Source: an uncultured Marinoscillum sp.
GTDB lineage: Bacteria > Bacteroidota > Bacteroidia > Cytophagales > MED-G16
DNA length: 64,000 bases
Direction of reading: 5' to 3'
NCBI GenBank assembly: GCA_902628365.1
Contig: CACOMW010000003.1
Span: 697-64,696, forward strand
Shown in pieces: positions 19,142 through 29,202 of this stretch (position 1 is its first letter; each line of letters opens with the position of its first letter). The position numbers and the translations under genes are program-made. The notes below the pieces were generated by a model. That model was not told the DNA's origin and ran no database searches. It worked only from the letters and a program-made list of their open reading frames with translations.

Positions 19142-19848
19142 TATTTATTAATTTTTTGATAAATTTTTATCAAAAAATAGAACAATAAGCTAAAAACAAA
19201 AAGTAGTAATATTTTATTTAATTGAAATAAGCTTTCATTTTTTTTATATAAATCTAAAACTTTGAAAAAGTAGAATATTGTAAATATTCCCAACAAACCA
19301 TTTTTTTCATTCAATAATACTTTTCTTAAATTAAAATTTAACTCTGGTTTTATCCATTTTTTAAAATTAGGAATTATTGCAGGAACATTTAATGAATATA
19401 ATTTGTATTCATTTTTAAATTTTTTTATTAAATAATCTTCTTCTGCTAAAATAATTGGAATATAGATTAACCAGTAAAAAAAAATAGAAAATAAAACAAA
19501 ATATAAGTTATTTGTAATTAATGAAGCTCCAAGCCAAATAAGGAAATTACCAATATACAATGGATGCCTTATTAGTGAATATATTCCTGTTTTATTTATT
19601 TTTGAAGCAAGTTGAGATTTTGTATTTCTTCCTGAAGTTTTATTAAAAGAATATCCAACAACTAATACTCTAATCAATAATCCAGCTAATGAAATAGATA
19701 AGCAATAATTAAATATGGATGGATTTATTTTATTAATTGGAGAAATATAATAAAAATAAAAAGCTAAGAAAATAATAGGAATAGGAATATAGCTTCTGTA
19801 TCTAAAAAATAAATTTCCTAAACTAATTAGTATACTTTTTTGAATCAT
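19120..19848 (-). CDS. ICMT-family membrane methyltransferase, lipid A phosphate methyltransferase (LmtA)-like
   Basis: GNLFFRYRSY, TSGRNT, TGIYSLIRHPLYIGNF, AEEDYL. Confidence 0.75.
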   Translation of the reverse strand: MIQKSILISLGNLFFRYRSYIPIPIIFLAFYFYYISPINKINPSIFNYCLSISLAGLLIRVLVVGYSFNKTSGRNTKSQLASKINKTGIYSLIRHPLYIGNFLIWLGASLITNNLYFVLFSIFFYWLIYIPIILAEEDYLIKKFKNEYKLYSLNVPAIIPNFKKWIKPELNFNLRKVLLNEKNGLLGIFTIFYFFKVLDLYKKNESLFQLNKILLLFVFSLLFYFLIKIYQKINKYHLDTSD

Positions 19849-21632
19849 TCTTCTTGATTATCAATCTTTAATTCAGAATCTATTATTTTAAGTATTGGCA
19901 CAAACTGATTATCATTCATATAGTCATATTGAAACCCTTCAAAAACATCTCCTTGAATAAAGTTTTCATTACGTAAGCCAAACTGAAAATAATTACCATA
20001 TTTCCTAATAATCTTACCTATCATATTAATTATTCCAAACCCAATAAATAGATTATCTGATGGAATTTCACCATATGAATTAATAAATTTATCTTTAATA
20101 AAACTTGAAATTTCTGAATTTAGATTAATATATTTTCTACTTATAAAAGAAACATCTAATCTTTTTAATTGATCAAATGTATTTACATCATATTCTAACC
20201 ATTCATTAAAACCCAAAACTGAAATCGTATCATTTCTCACATCAACTGCACTTAATGTGTTTGAACTAAGAAGAGAGTTAGATGATACAGTAAATACATG
20301 TCCAATTGAATCATCATCGATATAAAACTTTTCCTCATATTTATAAATAGTATCAAGTTTTTCAATTCCTCTTCCATCCTTTACAATTCTTCCTTCTATA
20401 TTATTAATTGAATCTGCTTCTTGTTTTGACAACATAAGTTCATAAGAATTTGTTAATGAATCTAATATTAGTCTTGAATCTTCCAAGTTTACTTTTTGTT
20501 TATATATAAAATTAAAACCATTTGCTTCCATTTTATTTTGATAAATAGATGCTATGAGAGAATCAACTTTATTGTTCTCATAAAAAATTATTGCATTTTT
20601 ATTTTTATTAAATTTTTCTTTTGCATATTCAGCAGCTTTTATCGCTAAAGTTTTATTACTAGGTAAAAAAAGCATTGCATATTTATTATTATCAATAATT
20701 TCATTGTTACTTGACAAAGGATTAATCATAAATATTTTGTTCTCAAGACAATATTGACTTACTAATTTTACTGGACTTGAATATAAGGGACCAATAATTA
20801 GATTCATTGTGTTGAATAAGCTAGATTTCAAAATACCTTTAACAACCTCTGGATCTCTTTTAGTGTCATACGGATATAATTTTATTTTAACTCCTATTGA
20901 ATCTAAATGATTTGTTGCGAATCTCATTCCATTATATAAATCCGTTATAAATTTATTTTTTTTCATAATGGATAAATTATCATTTTCATTGTACATAAAT
21001 GGTAACAAAATAGCTACCTTAAAAATATAATCATCACTATTAATAAATAAATTTTCTTCTGATACATTAGATAAAATATTTTTAATTTTACTGATTATAT
21101 CTTTATCCAAGGGCTCATTCAATAATTTTCTACCAAAATATTTTGCTATCACATTATTCTTAGGATAAACATCATACCATTTTCTTAATTTATTAAAATC
21201 ATTTATTTTTTCGATTTTTGGATCTAAAAACTCATAAAGTTGATCTTTTATGTCTTTTGATTTTATACCAGAAAGTATTCTAAATGAAGATTCATATTCA
21301 TTTTTTTCAAGTAGTAATCTTACCAACCAATAATTCACTTCATCAAGCTGAGGCCAACTTGGATAATTAAAAATTATATCTTCTAATTTTTTTTTAGAAT
21401 TATCAAATTTATTTAAATTAAAATCACATAATCCAGAATAATAAATTGAATAAATTTTAAACTCGTTATTTGTAGATACTAACGAGTCAAAATGTACTAT
21501 TGCTTCAGAATATTTTTTTTGATAAAAAAGTTTTTTACCCTTTATGTACGTTTCATAAGAATTTTGAGAAAATAATAAGTGAATAGGGAGAAAAATTATA
21601 AGTAATTGAAATATAGTTTTATTTATTTTCAT
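19845..21632 (-). CDS. TPR + type I periplasmic-binding-fold protein (conserved guaA neighbour)
   Basis: Signal peptide, N-terminal TPR-like helices, KVAILLPF..YDTK..LIIGPLYS..INPLS. Confidence 0.7.
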   Translation of the reverse strand: MKINKTIFQLLIIFLPIHLLFSQNSYETYIKGKKLFYQKKYSEAIVHFDSLVSTNNEFKIYSIYYSGLCDFNLNKFDNSKKKLEDIIFNYPSWPQLDEVNYWLVRLLLEKNEYESSFRILSGIKSKDIKDQLYEFLDPKIEKINDFNKLRKWYDVYPKNNVIAKYFGRKLLNEPLDKDIISKIKNILSNVSEENLFINSDDYIFKVAILLPFMYNENDNLSIMKKNKFITDLYNGMRFATNHLDSIGVKIKLYPYDTKRDPEVVKGILKSSLFNTMNLIIGPLYSSPVKLVSQYCLENKIFMINPLSSNNEIIDNNKYAMLFLPSNKTLAIKAAEYAKEKFNKNKNAIIFYENNKVDSLIASIYQNKMEANGFNFIYKQKVNLEDSRLILDSLTNSYELMLSKQEADSINNIEGRIVKDGRGIEKLDTIYKYEEKFYIDDDSIGHVFTVSSNSLLSSNTLSAVDVRNDTISVLGFNEWLEYDVNTFDQLKRLDVSFISRKYINLNSEISSFIKDKFINSYGEIPSDNLFIGFGIINMIGKIIRKYGNYFQFGLRNENFIQGDVFEGFQYDYMNDNQFVPILKIIDSELKIDNQEE

Positions 21633-21642
21633 AAAAATTAAA

Positions 21643-23166
21643 TTATTCCCATTCTATTGTTGCAGGAGGTTTTGAGGAAATATCTAAAACAACTCTATTT
21701 ACCCCTTTTACTTTATTAATTATTTCATTTGATATTTTTGATAAAAAATCTGAAGATAATTTTGACCAATCTGCTGTCATACCATCTAAACTATTTACTG
21801 CTCTTAATACAATAACATTTTCATAGGTTCTTTCATCACCCATAACACCAACTGACTTTATAGGTAAAAATATTGCTCCTGCTTGCCAAATATTGTGATA
21901 AAGATTTTCTTTAATTAATGAAGAAATAAAAATATGATCGGCTTCTTGAAGTATATTAATTCTTTTTTCTATAACCTCTCCCAAAATCCTTATAGCTAAA
22001 CCTGGTCCAGGAAAAGGATGTCTATATAATATATTTTTAGGTATTTTTAAAGAAAGACCAATTTTCCTAACCTCATCTTTAAATAATGTATTTAAAGGTT
22101 CAATAATTTTTAGATTCATTTTTTTGGGTAAACCTCCAACATTATGATGTGATTTAATAGTTACAGATGGACCTTTGACAGATACTGATTCAATTATATC
22201 TGGATATATAGTACCTTGAGCTAACCATTTTACATTTTTAATTTTTTTAGACTCTTCTTCAAAAACATCAATAAAGGTTTTACCAATAGCTTTTCTTTTA
22301 TCCTCAGGATCAACCTTTCCTTTTAATGAGGCATAAAACTTTTTTTTTGCATTAACTCCAATTACATTTAAACCTAGATTTTGATATGATTTTAAAACAT
22401 TTTCAAATTCATTTTTTCTCAATAAGCCATTATCAACAAATACACAAACTAAATTATTTCCTACAGCTCTATTTATCAAAAAAGCTACTACTGATGAGTC
22501 AACACCTCCAGACAAACCTAATAATACCTTATCATTTTTAAGTTTATTTTTAATTTCTATTATTGAAGAATCAATAAATTTCTTTGGTGTCCAGCACCCC
22601 TTACATCCACAAATATCAGAAATAAAGTTTTTTAAGATTTTAGTTCCATTAGTAGTATGTGTAACTTCAGGATGAAATTGTAATCCATATATTTTATGAT
22701 TTTTCACTTCATAAGCTGCAACATTAACATCATTGGTGCTAGAAATAATTTCTAAATTACTTGAAATATTAGTAATACTATCCCCATGACTCATCCATAC
22801 AGTTGAATCTAATTTAATATTATTTAAAATTTTACTTTTTTTTATGTTACTTAACTTAGCTCTTCCATATTCTCTCGAACTAGATTGAGAAATTTCACAA
22901 TGAAATTTTTTTGCGATTAATTGAGCGCCATAACAAATTCCTAGTATTGGAATATCAGAAAATTTTAAGAAATCAAAATTTGGGGCATCATTGTCATTTA
23001 CTGAATAAGGACTTCCTGAGAGCACTATCCCACTTATTTTATTATGTAATTTCGGTAAAGAATTAAAAGGATGGATTTCACAATAAACATTAAGTTCTCT
23101 TATCCTCCTAGCAATTAGTTGGGTATATTGAGAACCAAAATCAATTATTAAAATTTTTTCTTCCAT
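21643..23166 (-). CDS. guaA: GMP synthase (glutamine-hydrolysing)
   Basis: [50 protein letters not shown]. Start taken as ATG 23166; the upstream TTG is inside a promoter-like TAATTTTG. Confidence 0.97.
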   Translation of the reverse strand: MEEKILIIDFGSQYTQLIARRIRELNVYCEIHPFNSLPKLHNKISGIVLSGSPYSVNDNDAPNFDFLKFSDIPILGICYGAQLIAKKFHCEISQSSSREYGRAKLSNIKKSKILNNIKLDSTVWMSHGDSITNISSNLEIISSTNDVNVAAYEVKNHKIYGLQFHPEVTHTTNGTKILKNFISDICGCKGCWTPKKFIDSSIIEIKNKLKNDKVLLGLSGGVDSSVVAFLINRAVGNNLVCVFVDNGLLRKNEFENVLKSYQNLGLNVIGVNAKKKFYASLKGKVDPEDKRKAIGKTFIDVFEEESKKIKNVKWLAQGTIYPDIIESVSVKGPSVTIKSHHNVGGLPKKMNLKIIEPLNTLFKDEVRKIGLSLKIPKNILYRHPFPGPGLAIRILGEVIEKRINILQEADHIFISSLIKENLYHNIWQAGAIFLPIKSVGVMGDERTYENVIVLRAVNSLDGMTADWSKLSSDFLSKISNEIINKVKGVNRVVLDISSKPPATIEWE

Positions 23167-23279
23167 TAGCAAAATTAAACTTCATCATAAAATTATACGA
23201 ATTATATGTGAAATTTATATTTTAATTATATCTTATAAATAAAAGTATATCAAATAATTATATAAATCTAAATTTAAAT

Positions 23280-23990
23280 ATGGGTAGAGCATTTGAATAC
23301 AGAAGAGCTGCAAAAGAAAAAAGGTGGGATAAGATGTCCAAAGTTTTTCCTAAACTCTCAAGAGCTATAACTGTAGCTGCAAAAGAAGGTGGTTTAGATC
23401 CTGAAATGAATTCAAAACTTAGAGCTGCAATTCAAAATGCAAAATCTCAAAATATGCCAAAAGACAATATAAATTCTGCAATAAAAAGAGCAAATAATAA
23501 AGATTTTGAGGATTTTATAGAAATTACATATGAAGGAAAAGGTCCTCACGGTGTCCTGGTAATTATAGAATGTGCAACTAATAATTCTACACGAACCACT
23601 GCTAATATTAAATCATATTTTAATAAATCCAATGGTTCGTTAGTACCACCGGGATCTTTAGAATATATGTTTGAAAGAAAATCTGTTTTTAATATTAAAC
23701 AAACAACTGAAATAAATTTAGAACAATTAGAACTCAATTTAATTGATTTTGGTTTGGAAGAAATAATAATTAATGAAGATAATATTTTCATATATGGAGA
23801 TTTTAAAAACTTTGGATTATTACATAAAGGAATTATAAAAAATGATCTAAAAATTAATAAATCAGAGGTTCAAAGAATTCCAAATGAACCAATTAATTAT
23901 AACCAAGAACAAATAATTGATATTGAAAAAATGCTTGATAAAATTGATGATGATGATGATGTTCAAAATGTATTTACAAATATTTTATAA
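23280..23990 (+). CDS. YebC/PmpR-family protein
   Basis: [39 protein letters not shown]. Confidence 0.95.
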   Translation: MGRAFEYRRAAKEKRWDKMSKVFPKLSRAITVAAKEGGLDPEMNSKLRAAIQNAKSQNMPKDNINSAIKRANNKDFEDFIEITYEGKGPHGVLVIIECATNNSTRTTANIKSYFNKSNGSLVPPGSLEYMFERKSVFNIKQTTEINLEQLELNLIDFGLEEIIINEDNIFIYGDFKNFGLLHKGIIKNDLKINKSEVQRIPNEPINYNQEQIIDIEKMLDKIDDDDDVQNVFTNIL

Positions 23991-23995
23991 GAAAA

Positions 23996-25006
23996 ATGGA
24001 GTTAGAAAAAAATATATCTATAAAAAACTATAATTCTTTTAAAGTAGATCATAAAATCAAAAAGTTTTATAAAATTCAATCAAAAGAAGAAATAAATGAA
24101 ATAAGAAATTATCTTCCTAAAGATGAAAAAATAATTATTTTAGGTGGAGGTTCAAATATATTATTCACTAAAGATTTTGATGGGTCAATATTATACAACA
24201 ATATTCTCGGTAAAGAAATAATTAAAGAAACAAAAAATAACATCTATATAAAATTTGGTGCTGGTGAAAATTGGGATAAATCTGTTGAGTTTTGTGTAAA
24301 AAACAAGTGGTATGGAATTGAGAATTTATCTTTGATTCCAGGATCAGTAGGTGCTGCACCGATTCAAAATATTGGTGCTTATGGAACCGAAATTAAAGAT
24401 TATATTTATGAAGTAACAGGAATAAATTTATTAAATGGAAAAAGTGAAATATATAAAAATAAATCATGTGACTTTTCATATAGAAATAGTGTTTTTAAAG
24501 AAAAATTAAAAAATATTCTTTTCATTACACATGTTACAATTAAACTTTCAAAAATTAAAAAATTTAATATTTCCTACAATGAGGTGAAACAATATTTTAG
24601 AAATATGAATTCTAATGATATAACGTTAAATAACATTAGGAAAAAAATTATAGAAATTAGAGAATCAAAACTACCCAATCCAAAAATATTAGGTAATTGT
24701 GGTAGTTTTTTCAAAAACCCAACAATTGATTCTCAATCATTTAATAATTTGAAAAAAAAATATCCAGATATTGTTGGATATAAAAATTCTAATAAAATTA
24801 AAATATCTGCTGCTTGGCTAATTGAAAAATGTGGTTGGAAAGGATATAAAAAAAATAATGTAGGGGTATTCAAAAATCACGCACTTGTGTTAGTAAATTA
24901 TTGTTCTAATGATGGGGAAAAAATTCTTAAACTTTCAGAAAAAATAAAAAATAGTGTAATAGAAAAGTTTAATATTACACTAGAAAAGGAAGTAAATATT
25001 TTTTAG
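23996..25006 (+). CDS. murB: UDP-N-acetylmuramate dehydrogenase
   Basis: LGGGSNILF, ENLSLIPGSVGAAPIQNIGAYG, GNCGSFFKNP, HALVLVN, LEKEV. Confidence 0.96.
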   Translation: MELEKNISIKNYNSFKVDHKIKKFYKIQSKEEINEIRNYLPKDEKIIILGGGSNILFTKDFDGSILYNNILGKEIIKETKNNIYIKFGAGENWDKSVEFCVKNKWYGIENLSLIPGSVGAAPIQNIGAYGTEIKDYIYEVTGINLLNGKSEIYKNKSCDFSYRNSVFKEKLKNILFITHVTIKLSKIKKFNISYNEVKQYFRNMNSNDITLNNIRKKIIEIRESKLPNPKILGNCGSFFKNPTIDSQSFNNLKKKYPDIVGYKNSNKIKISAAWLIEKCGWKGYKKNNVGVFKNHALVLVNYCSNDGEKILKLSEKIKNSVIEKFNITLEKEVNIF

Positions 25007-26157
25007 CCTTTATAACTAACTCTATATATAAGATCAGCTTTATCATCTGATATCAACATAGAACCATCATCTAAAATTAAAATATCAACAGGTCTCCCCC
25101 ATGCTTCTTGTTCTTCATTGTTAAGCCATCCATAAATAAATGGTTCATAACTTATAGCTTTATTTTCTTTAATTTTTACTCTGGTTATCCTATATCCTAT
25201 TTTTTTTGATCTATTCCACGAACCATGTTCTGCAATAAATATATCTCCTTTATATTCATTTGGAAACATATTGCCATTATAAAACTTTAAGCCTAAAGGA
25301 GCCACATGAGGACCTAGATTTCTCGCTGGAGGAACAAAATCTGAACAGGGATGTTTTCCGCCAAATTCAGGATCTCCAATATCATCTCCATGGCAATATG
25401 GGTATCCAAAATTTTGACCAGGCTTGGTTACTCTATTTAATTCACAAGGAGGAATGTTATCTCCAAGCATATCTCTTCCATTATCAGTAAACCACATTTC
25501 ATCATTATTTGGATTCCAAGTAAATCCTACAGTATTTCTAACACCATAAGCAAAAATTTCTCTATCAGAACCATCTGGATTCATTCTAGTTATTGATGCA
25601 TACATTTTATTTTTACTTTCACATATATTGCAAGGTGCTCCAACTGGAACATATAATTTACCATCCGGACCAAAAGCAATATACTTCCATCCATGATGTT
25701 TATCTTTTGGGTAGTCGTCATATATCAAGATTGGGTCACCAGGATTTTCTAAATTGTCTTCAATATTTTTAAAAACCCATAACTTATCAACCTCAGCAAC
25801 ATATAGGTCTCCTTTGTGAAAAGCAACTCCATTTGGCATATTTTTTAATTTATTTGTTATAAGCCACTTTTTTTCTGCTATATTATCTTCATCTTCATCT
25901 CTTATTGCAAATACATTATCACCATGTCGATTCCCAATGAAAATAGTGCCGGAAGGACTGATATCCATTGATCTTGCATTAGAAATATTATCAGCATAAA
26001 TTTCAATAGTAAAACCTTCAGGCAAATTAATACCCTCAAGTAATTTATCGAGCTCCCCAATTTCAAAAGACTTTTCTAATTTACTACCATCTTTTACTTC
26101 TGAGTCACATGAAAAAAAGATTAAAAGAAAAGAAATTATAAATAAAAATTTATTCAT
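25003..26157 (-). CDS. PQQ-dependent sugar / sorbosone dehydrogenase family lipoprotein
   Basis: HHGWKYIAFGPDG, VGAPCNIC, GVRNTVG, TDNGRD, HVAPLG, EHGSWNR, GRPVD. Confidence 0.9.
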   Translation of the reverse strand: MNKFLFIISFLLIFFSCDSEVKDGSKLEKSFEIGELDKLLEGINLPEGFTIEIYADNISNARSMDISPSGTIFIGNRHGDNVFAIRDEDEDNIAEKKWLITNKLKNMPNGVAFHKGDLYVAEVDKLWVFKNIEDNLENPGDPILIYDDYPKDKHHGWKYIAFGPDGKLYVPVGAPCNICESKNKMYASITRMNPDGSDREIFAYGVRNTVGFTWNPNNDEMWFTDNGRDMLGDNIPPCELNRVTKPGQNFGYPYCHGDDIGDPEFGGKHPCSDFVPPARNLGPHVAPLGLKFYNGNMFPNEYKGDIFIAEHGSWNRSKKIGYRITRVKIKENKAISYEPFIYGWLNNEEQEAWGRPVDILILDDGSMLISDDKADLIYRVSYKG

Positions 26158-26273
26158 TTATTCAAATTAAATTTTGAATTCAAATATAAAATAATTTTAT
26201 ATTATAATAAGTAAAGTTATTTTCATCTTTTAATAAAATATTAATAGTTTTAAAAAAAATTTTAATTTCTGTC

Positions 26274-27980
26274 TTGGAAAATATAGATTTAATCGTATTT
26301 GTTTCTTATTGTTTATTAATTCTATCTATTGGATTATATGTTTCAAGAGATAAAAAAGGAAAACAGAAAACAGCAGAAGATTATTTTTTAGCTGGAAAAT
26401 CATTACCATGGTGGACAATTGGAGCTTCATTAATCGCTGCTAACATTTCAGCAGAACAATTTATTGGTATGTCTGGATCAGGTTTTGCTTTGGGGTTAGC
26501 TATTGCAAGTTATGAGTGGATGGCGGCAATAACACTTCTATTAGTTGGAAAGTTTTTGCTTCCAGTCTATTTAGAAAAAAAAATATTTACAATTCCAGAA
26601 TTTATTGAAAAAAGATATAGCAAAAATTTAAAAACAATTTTAGCTGTATTCTGGATTGCACTTTTTGTATTTGTTAACCTTACCACTGTTCTTTATTTAG
26701 GTGGAAAAGCAATGGACACCATTTTTGGATCAGGAAATGGAGATATATTAAGCTATAGTATATTGTTACTGGGTGGATTTGCATTATCTTACTCTCTATG
26801 GGGAGGTCTAGCATCTGTTGCTTGGACAGATGTTGTTCAAGTGATTATTCTAATTTTTGGTGGAATTTTAATGACTTCAATTGCATTAACCTTTGTTACT
26901 CCAAGTGGTGATATTATTGATGGATTAATCTATGTTTATAATACTGTTCCTGAAAGGTTTTCAATGATACTATCAAAAGGTGAAATAATGATACCTGATA
27001 AAATAGTTAATGGTGAAATAATTTATAAAGATGCATGGTTTGATTTACCAGGAATAGCTGTGTTGATTGGAGGAATGTGGATTGCAAATACATATTATTG
27101 GGGATTCAATCAGTACATTATACAAAGAACTTTGGCTGCTAAAAATATAAGGGAAGCACAAAAGGGAATTGCATTTGCTGCATTTTTAAAATTGATTATT
27201 CCCATTTTTGTTGTTTTACCTGGAATTATCGCATATGTAATTAATATGGATAAAGAAACCAATTCTATCATTATTGAAAATTTACCAAATGGATTTATTT
27301 CTTCAGATGGATCAATATTAAATGATAATGCAGCGCCTTGGTTAATAAATAATTATATACCAGTAGGAGTTAAAGGGTTGATTCTTGCTGCTTTAGCAGC
27401 TGCCATAGTTTCATCTTTAGCCTCAATGCTAAACTCTACATCCACAATATTTACAATGGATATTTATAAAGCAATTATTAATACTAATGCTGATGATAGA
27501 TCCCTTGTAAGAGTAGGAAGGATTACTGTCTTAATTTCCTTGGCCGTTGCAATGTGGATTGCTCCAAATTTAGGAAATATAGGTCAAGTATTTATTTATA
27601 TTCAAGAATACACCGGAGTAGTTAGTCCTGGAATTTTAGCAGTATTTCTAACAGGTATATTTTGGAAGAAAACAACAAATAATGCAGCTATATGGGGAGT
27701 ATTATTTTCAATTCCTGTAGCAATGTACTTTAAGGTTGCCCCAAATGGTTGGTCTTCATTGCCAATTTTTATTAATGATGTTCCATTTATGCATCAAATG
27801 GGAATAACATTTTTATCTACTGCCTTAATTATATTTTTAATTAGTTTCCTTGAGGGAAATAATGACGATCCAAAAAGTATTAATATATCTAAAAAATTAT
27901 TTGAAACAGATTCTTCATTTAATATACCGGCGTTTGTAGTTCTATTGATTACTACGTTTTTGTATGCATTCTTTTGGTAA
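26274..27980 (+). CDS. Sodium:sugar symporter (SSS family, SGLT-like)
   Basis: YFLAGKSLPWW.IGASLIAANISAEQFIGMSG, WTDVVQ, YWGFNQYIIQR; TTG start. Confidence 0.93.
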   Translation: MENIDLIVFVSYCLLILSIGLYVSRDKKGKQKTAEDYFLAGKSLPWWTIGASLIAANISAEQFIGMSGSGFALGLAIASYEWMAAITLLLVGKFLLPVYLEKKIFTIPEFIEKRYSKNLKTILAVFWIALFVFVNLTTVLYLGGKAMDTIFGSGNGDILSYSILLLGGFALSYSLWGGLASVAWTDVVQVIILIFGGILMTSIALTFVTPSGDIIDGLIYVYNTVPERFSMILSKGEIMIPDKIVNGEIIYKDAWFDLPGIAVLIGGMWIANTYYWGFNQYIIQRTLAAKNIREAQKGIAFAAFLKLIIPIFVVLPGIIAYVINMDKETNSIIIENLPNGFISSDGSILNDNAAPWLINNYIPVGVKGLILAALAAAIVSSLASMLNSTSTIFTMDIYKAIINTNADDRSLVRVGRITVLISLAVAMWIAPNLGNIGQVFIYIQEYTGVVSPGILAVFLTGIFWKKTTNNAAIWGVLFSIPVAMYFKVAPNGWSSLPIFINDVPFMHQMGITFLSTALIIFLISFLEGNNDDPKSINISKKLFETDSSFNIPAFVVLLITTFLYAFFW

Positions 27981-28025
27981 TTGTAGTTTAAGTTATTTAT
28001 TACAATTTCATATAAAAAAAATTTT

Positions 28026-28066
28026 AATAAAAATACCTTGTATATATTATACAGGGTATTTTTATT
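28026..28066. terminator. Intrinsic terminator-like hairpin after the SSS transporter
   Basis: AATAAAAATACCTTGTATA-TAT-TATACAGGGTATTTTTATT: 19-bp stem with one G-U pair, and A/T tracts at both ends. Confidence 0.75.
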
Positions 28067-28111
28067 TATTGTAAATTTCATTAGTAATATTAAAAAATAA
28101 TTTAATTTTTT

Positions 28112-28615
28112 ATGGAAACATTAAATGAGCATCAAAAAAAATTTAGTAAAAAATGGAAAAATCCTTTTTTATTTTCTTTATATTTTTTGTTTAATGTTCC
28201 AATGGGATGGTTCTCTGGAATGAGAATAACAGAAATATCTGAAAAAAAATGTATCACATACTTGCCATTTCAATGGTATTATAGATGGCAAAATAAAAAC
28301 CCTTACAAGTCCATGTATTTTGCTGTTCAATCAATGGGAGCTGAATTATCAACAGCTTCATTAGCAACCTTAGCTATAAAAGGTTATTCAGAATCAATTG
28401 CGCTAATAGTGACAGAAATGAGTTCAAAATATTTTAAAAAAGCGACTGGAAATCTAACTTTCAAGTGTGAGGAAGGTGAAAAGATTTTTAAAGCAGTTGA
28501 AAAGGCTGTGAAAACTAAAAAAGGAGTTCAAACAAGAGTTAAAACAATAGGTAAAATGAAAGATGGAACTATTGTTTCTGAATTTTATTTTACATGGTCA
28601 TTTAAGAAAAGGTAA
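28112..28615 (+). CDS. Hotdog-fold thioesterase-like protein (DUF4442-type)
   Basis: NKNPYKSMYFAVQ, FKKATG, F.FTWSFK motifs. Confidence 0.8.
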   Translation: METLNEHQKKFSKKWKNPFLFSLYFLFNVPMGWFSGMRITEISEKKCITYLPFQWYYRWQNKNPYKSMYFAVQSMGAELSTASLATLAIKGYSESIALIVTEMSSKYFKKATGNLTFKCEEGEKIFKAVEKAVKTKKGVQTRVKTIGKMKDGTIVSEFYFTWSFKKR

Positions 28616-28624
28616 AATCATAAG

Positions 28625-29200
28625 ATGGAAAAAAAACAAATAGATTTAATTATTCAATCCAGAAGAGCTATCTATCCTAAACAATTTACAGGTGAAAAAT
28701 TATCAAAAAATATAATAAAAAGAATTCTTGAAAATGGAAATATGGCTCCCTCACATAAGTTAACTCAACCTTGGATTTTTAAAATTTTCCAAGGCAAATC
28801 AAAAATTAAGCTTGCTAATGAAATGATAAAAAGCTATAATGAATTTTCACATAACAACAAGGTTTTAATATCAAAAGCTGATAAAATTTTAAAAAATTGT
28901 ACCCAGTCAGATTGTATAATTGTTATTTGCATGAAAAGAGATAAAAAAAAATCCATTCCAGAGTGGGAAGAGTTAGCATCTACTTCAATGGCAGTACAAA
29001 ATATGTGGTTAAGTTGCGTATCCTATAAAATTGGTTGCTATTGGAGTACACCTAAGTATTCTATTAAAATGTCAAAATTTTTAGGACTTAAAAAAAATGA
29101 GAAATGCTTAGGTTTTTTTTATATGGGAAAGTTTGATCATAAAAGTCAAAAGAAAACTAAAAGAGATAGTATAATTGAAAAAATTGAATGGTTTAATTAG
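28625..29200 (+). CDS. Nitroreductase family protein
   Basis: SRRAIYP, APSHKLTQPW, AVQNMWL, YWST. Confidence 0.9.
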   Translation: MEKKQIDLIIQSRRAIYPKQFTGEKLSKNIIKRILENGNMAPSHKLTQPWIFKIFQGKSKIKLANEMIKSYNEFSHNNKVLISKADKILKNCTQSDCIIVICMKRDKKKSIPEWEELASTSMAVQNMWLSCVSYKIGCYWSTPKYSIKMSKFLGLKKNEKCLGFFYMGKFDHKSQKKTKRDSIIEKIEWFN

Positions 29201-29202
29201 TA

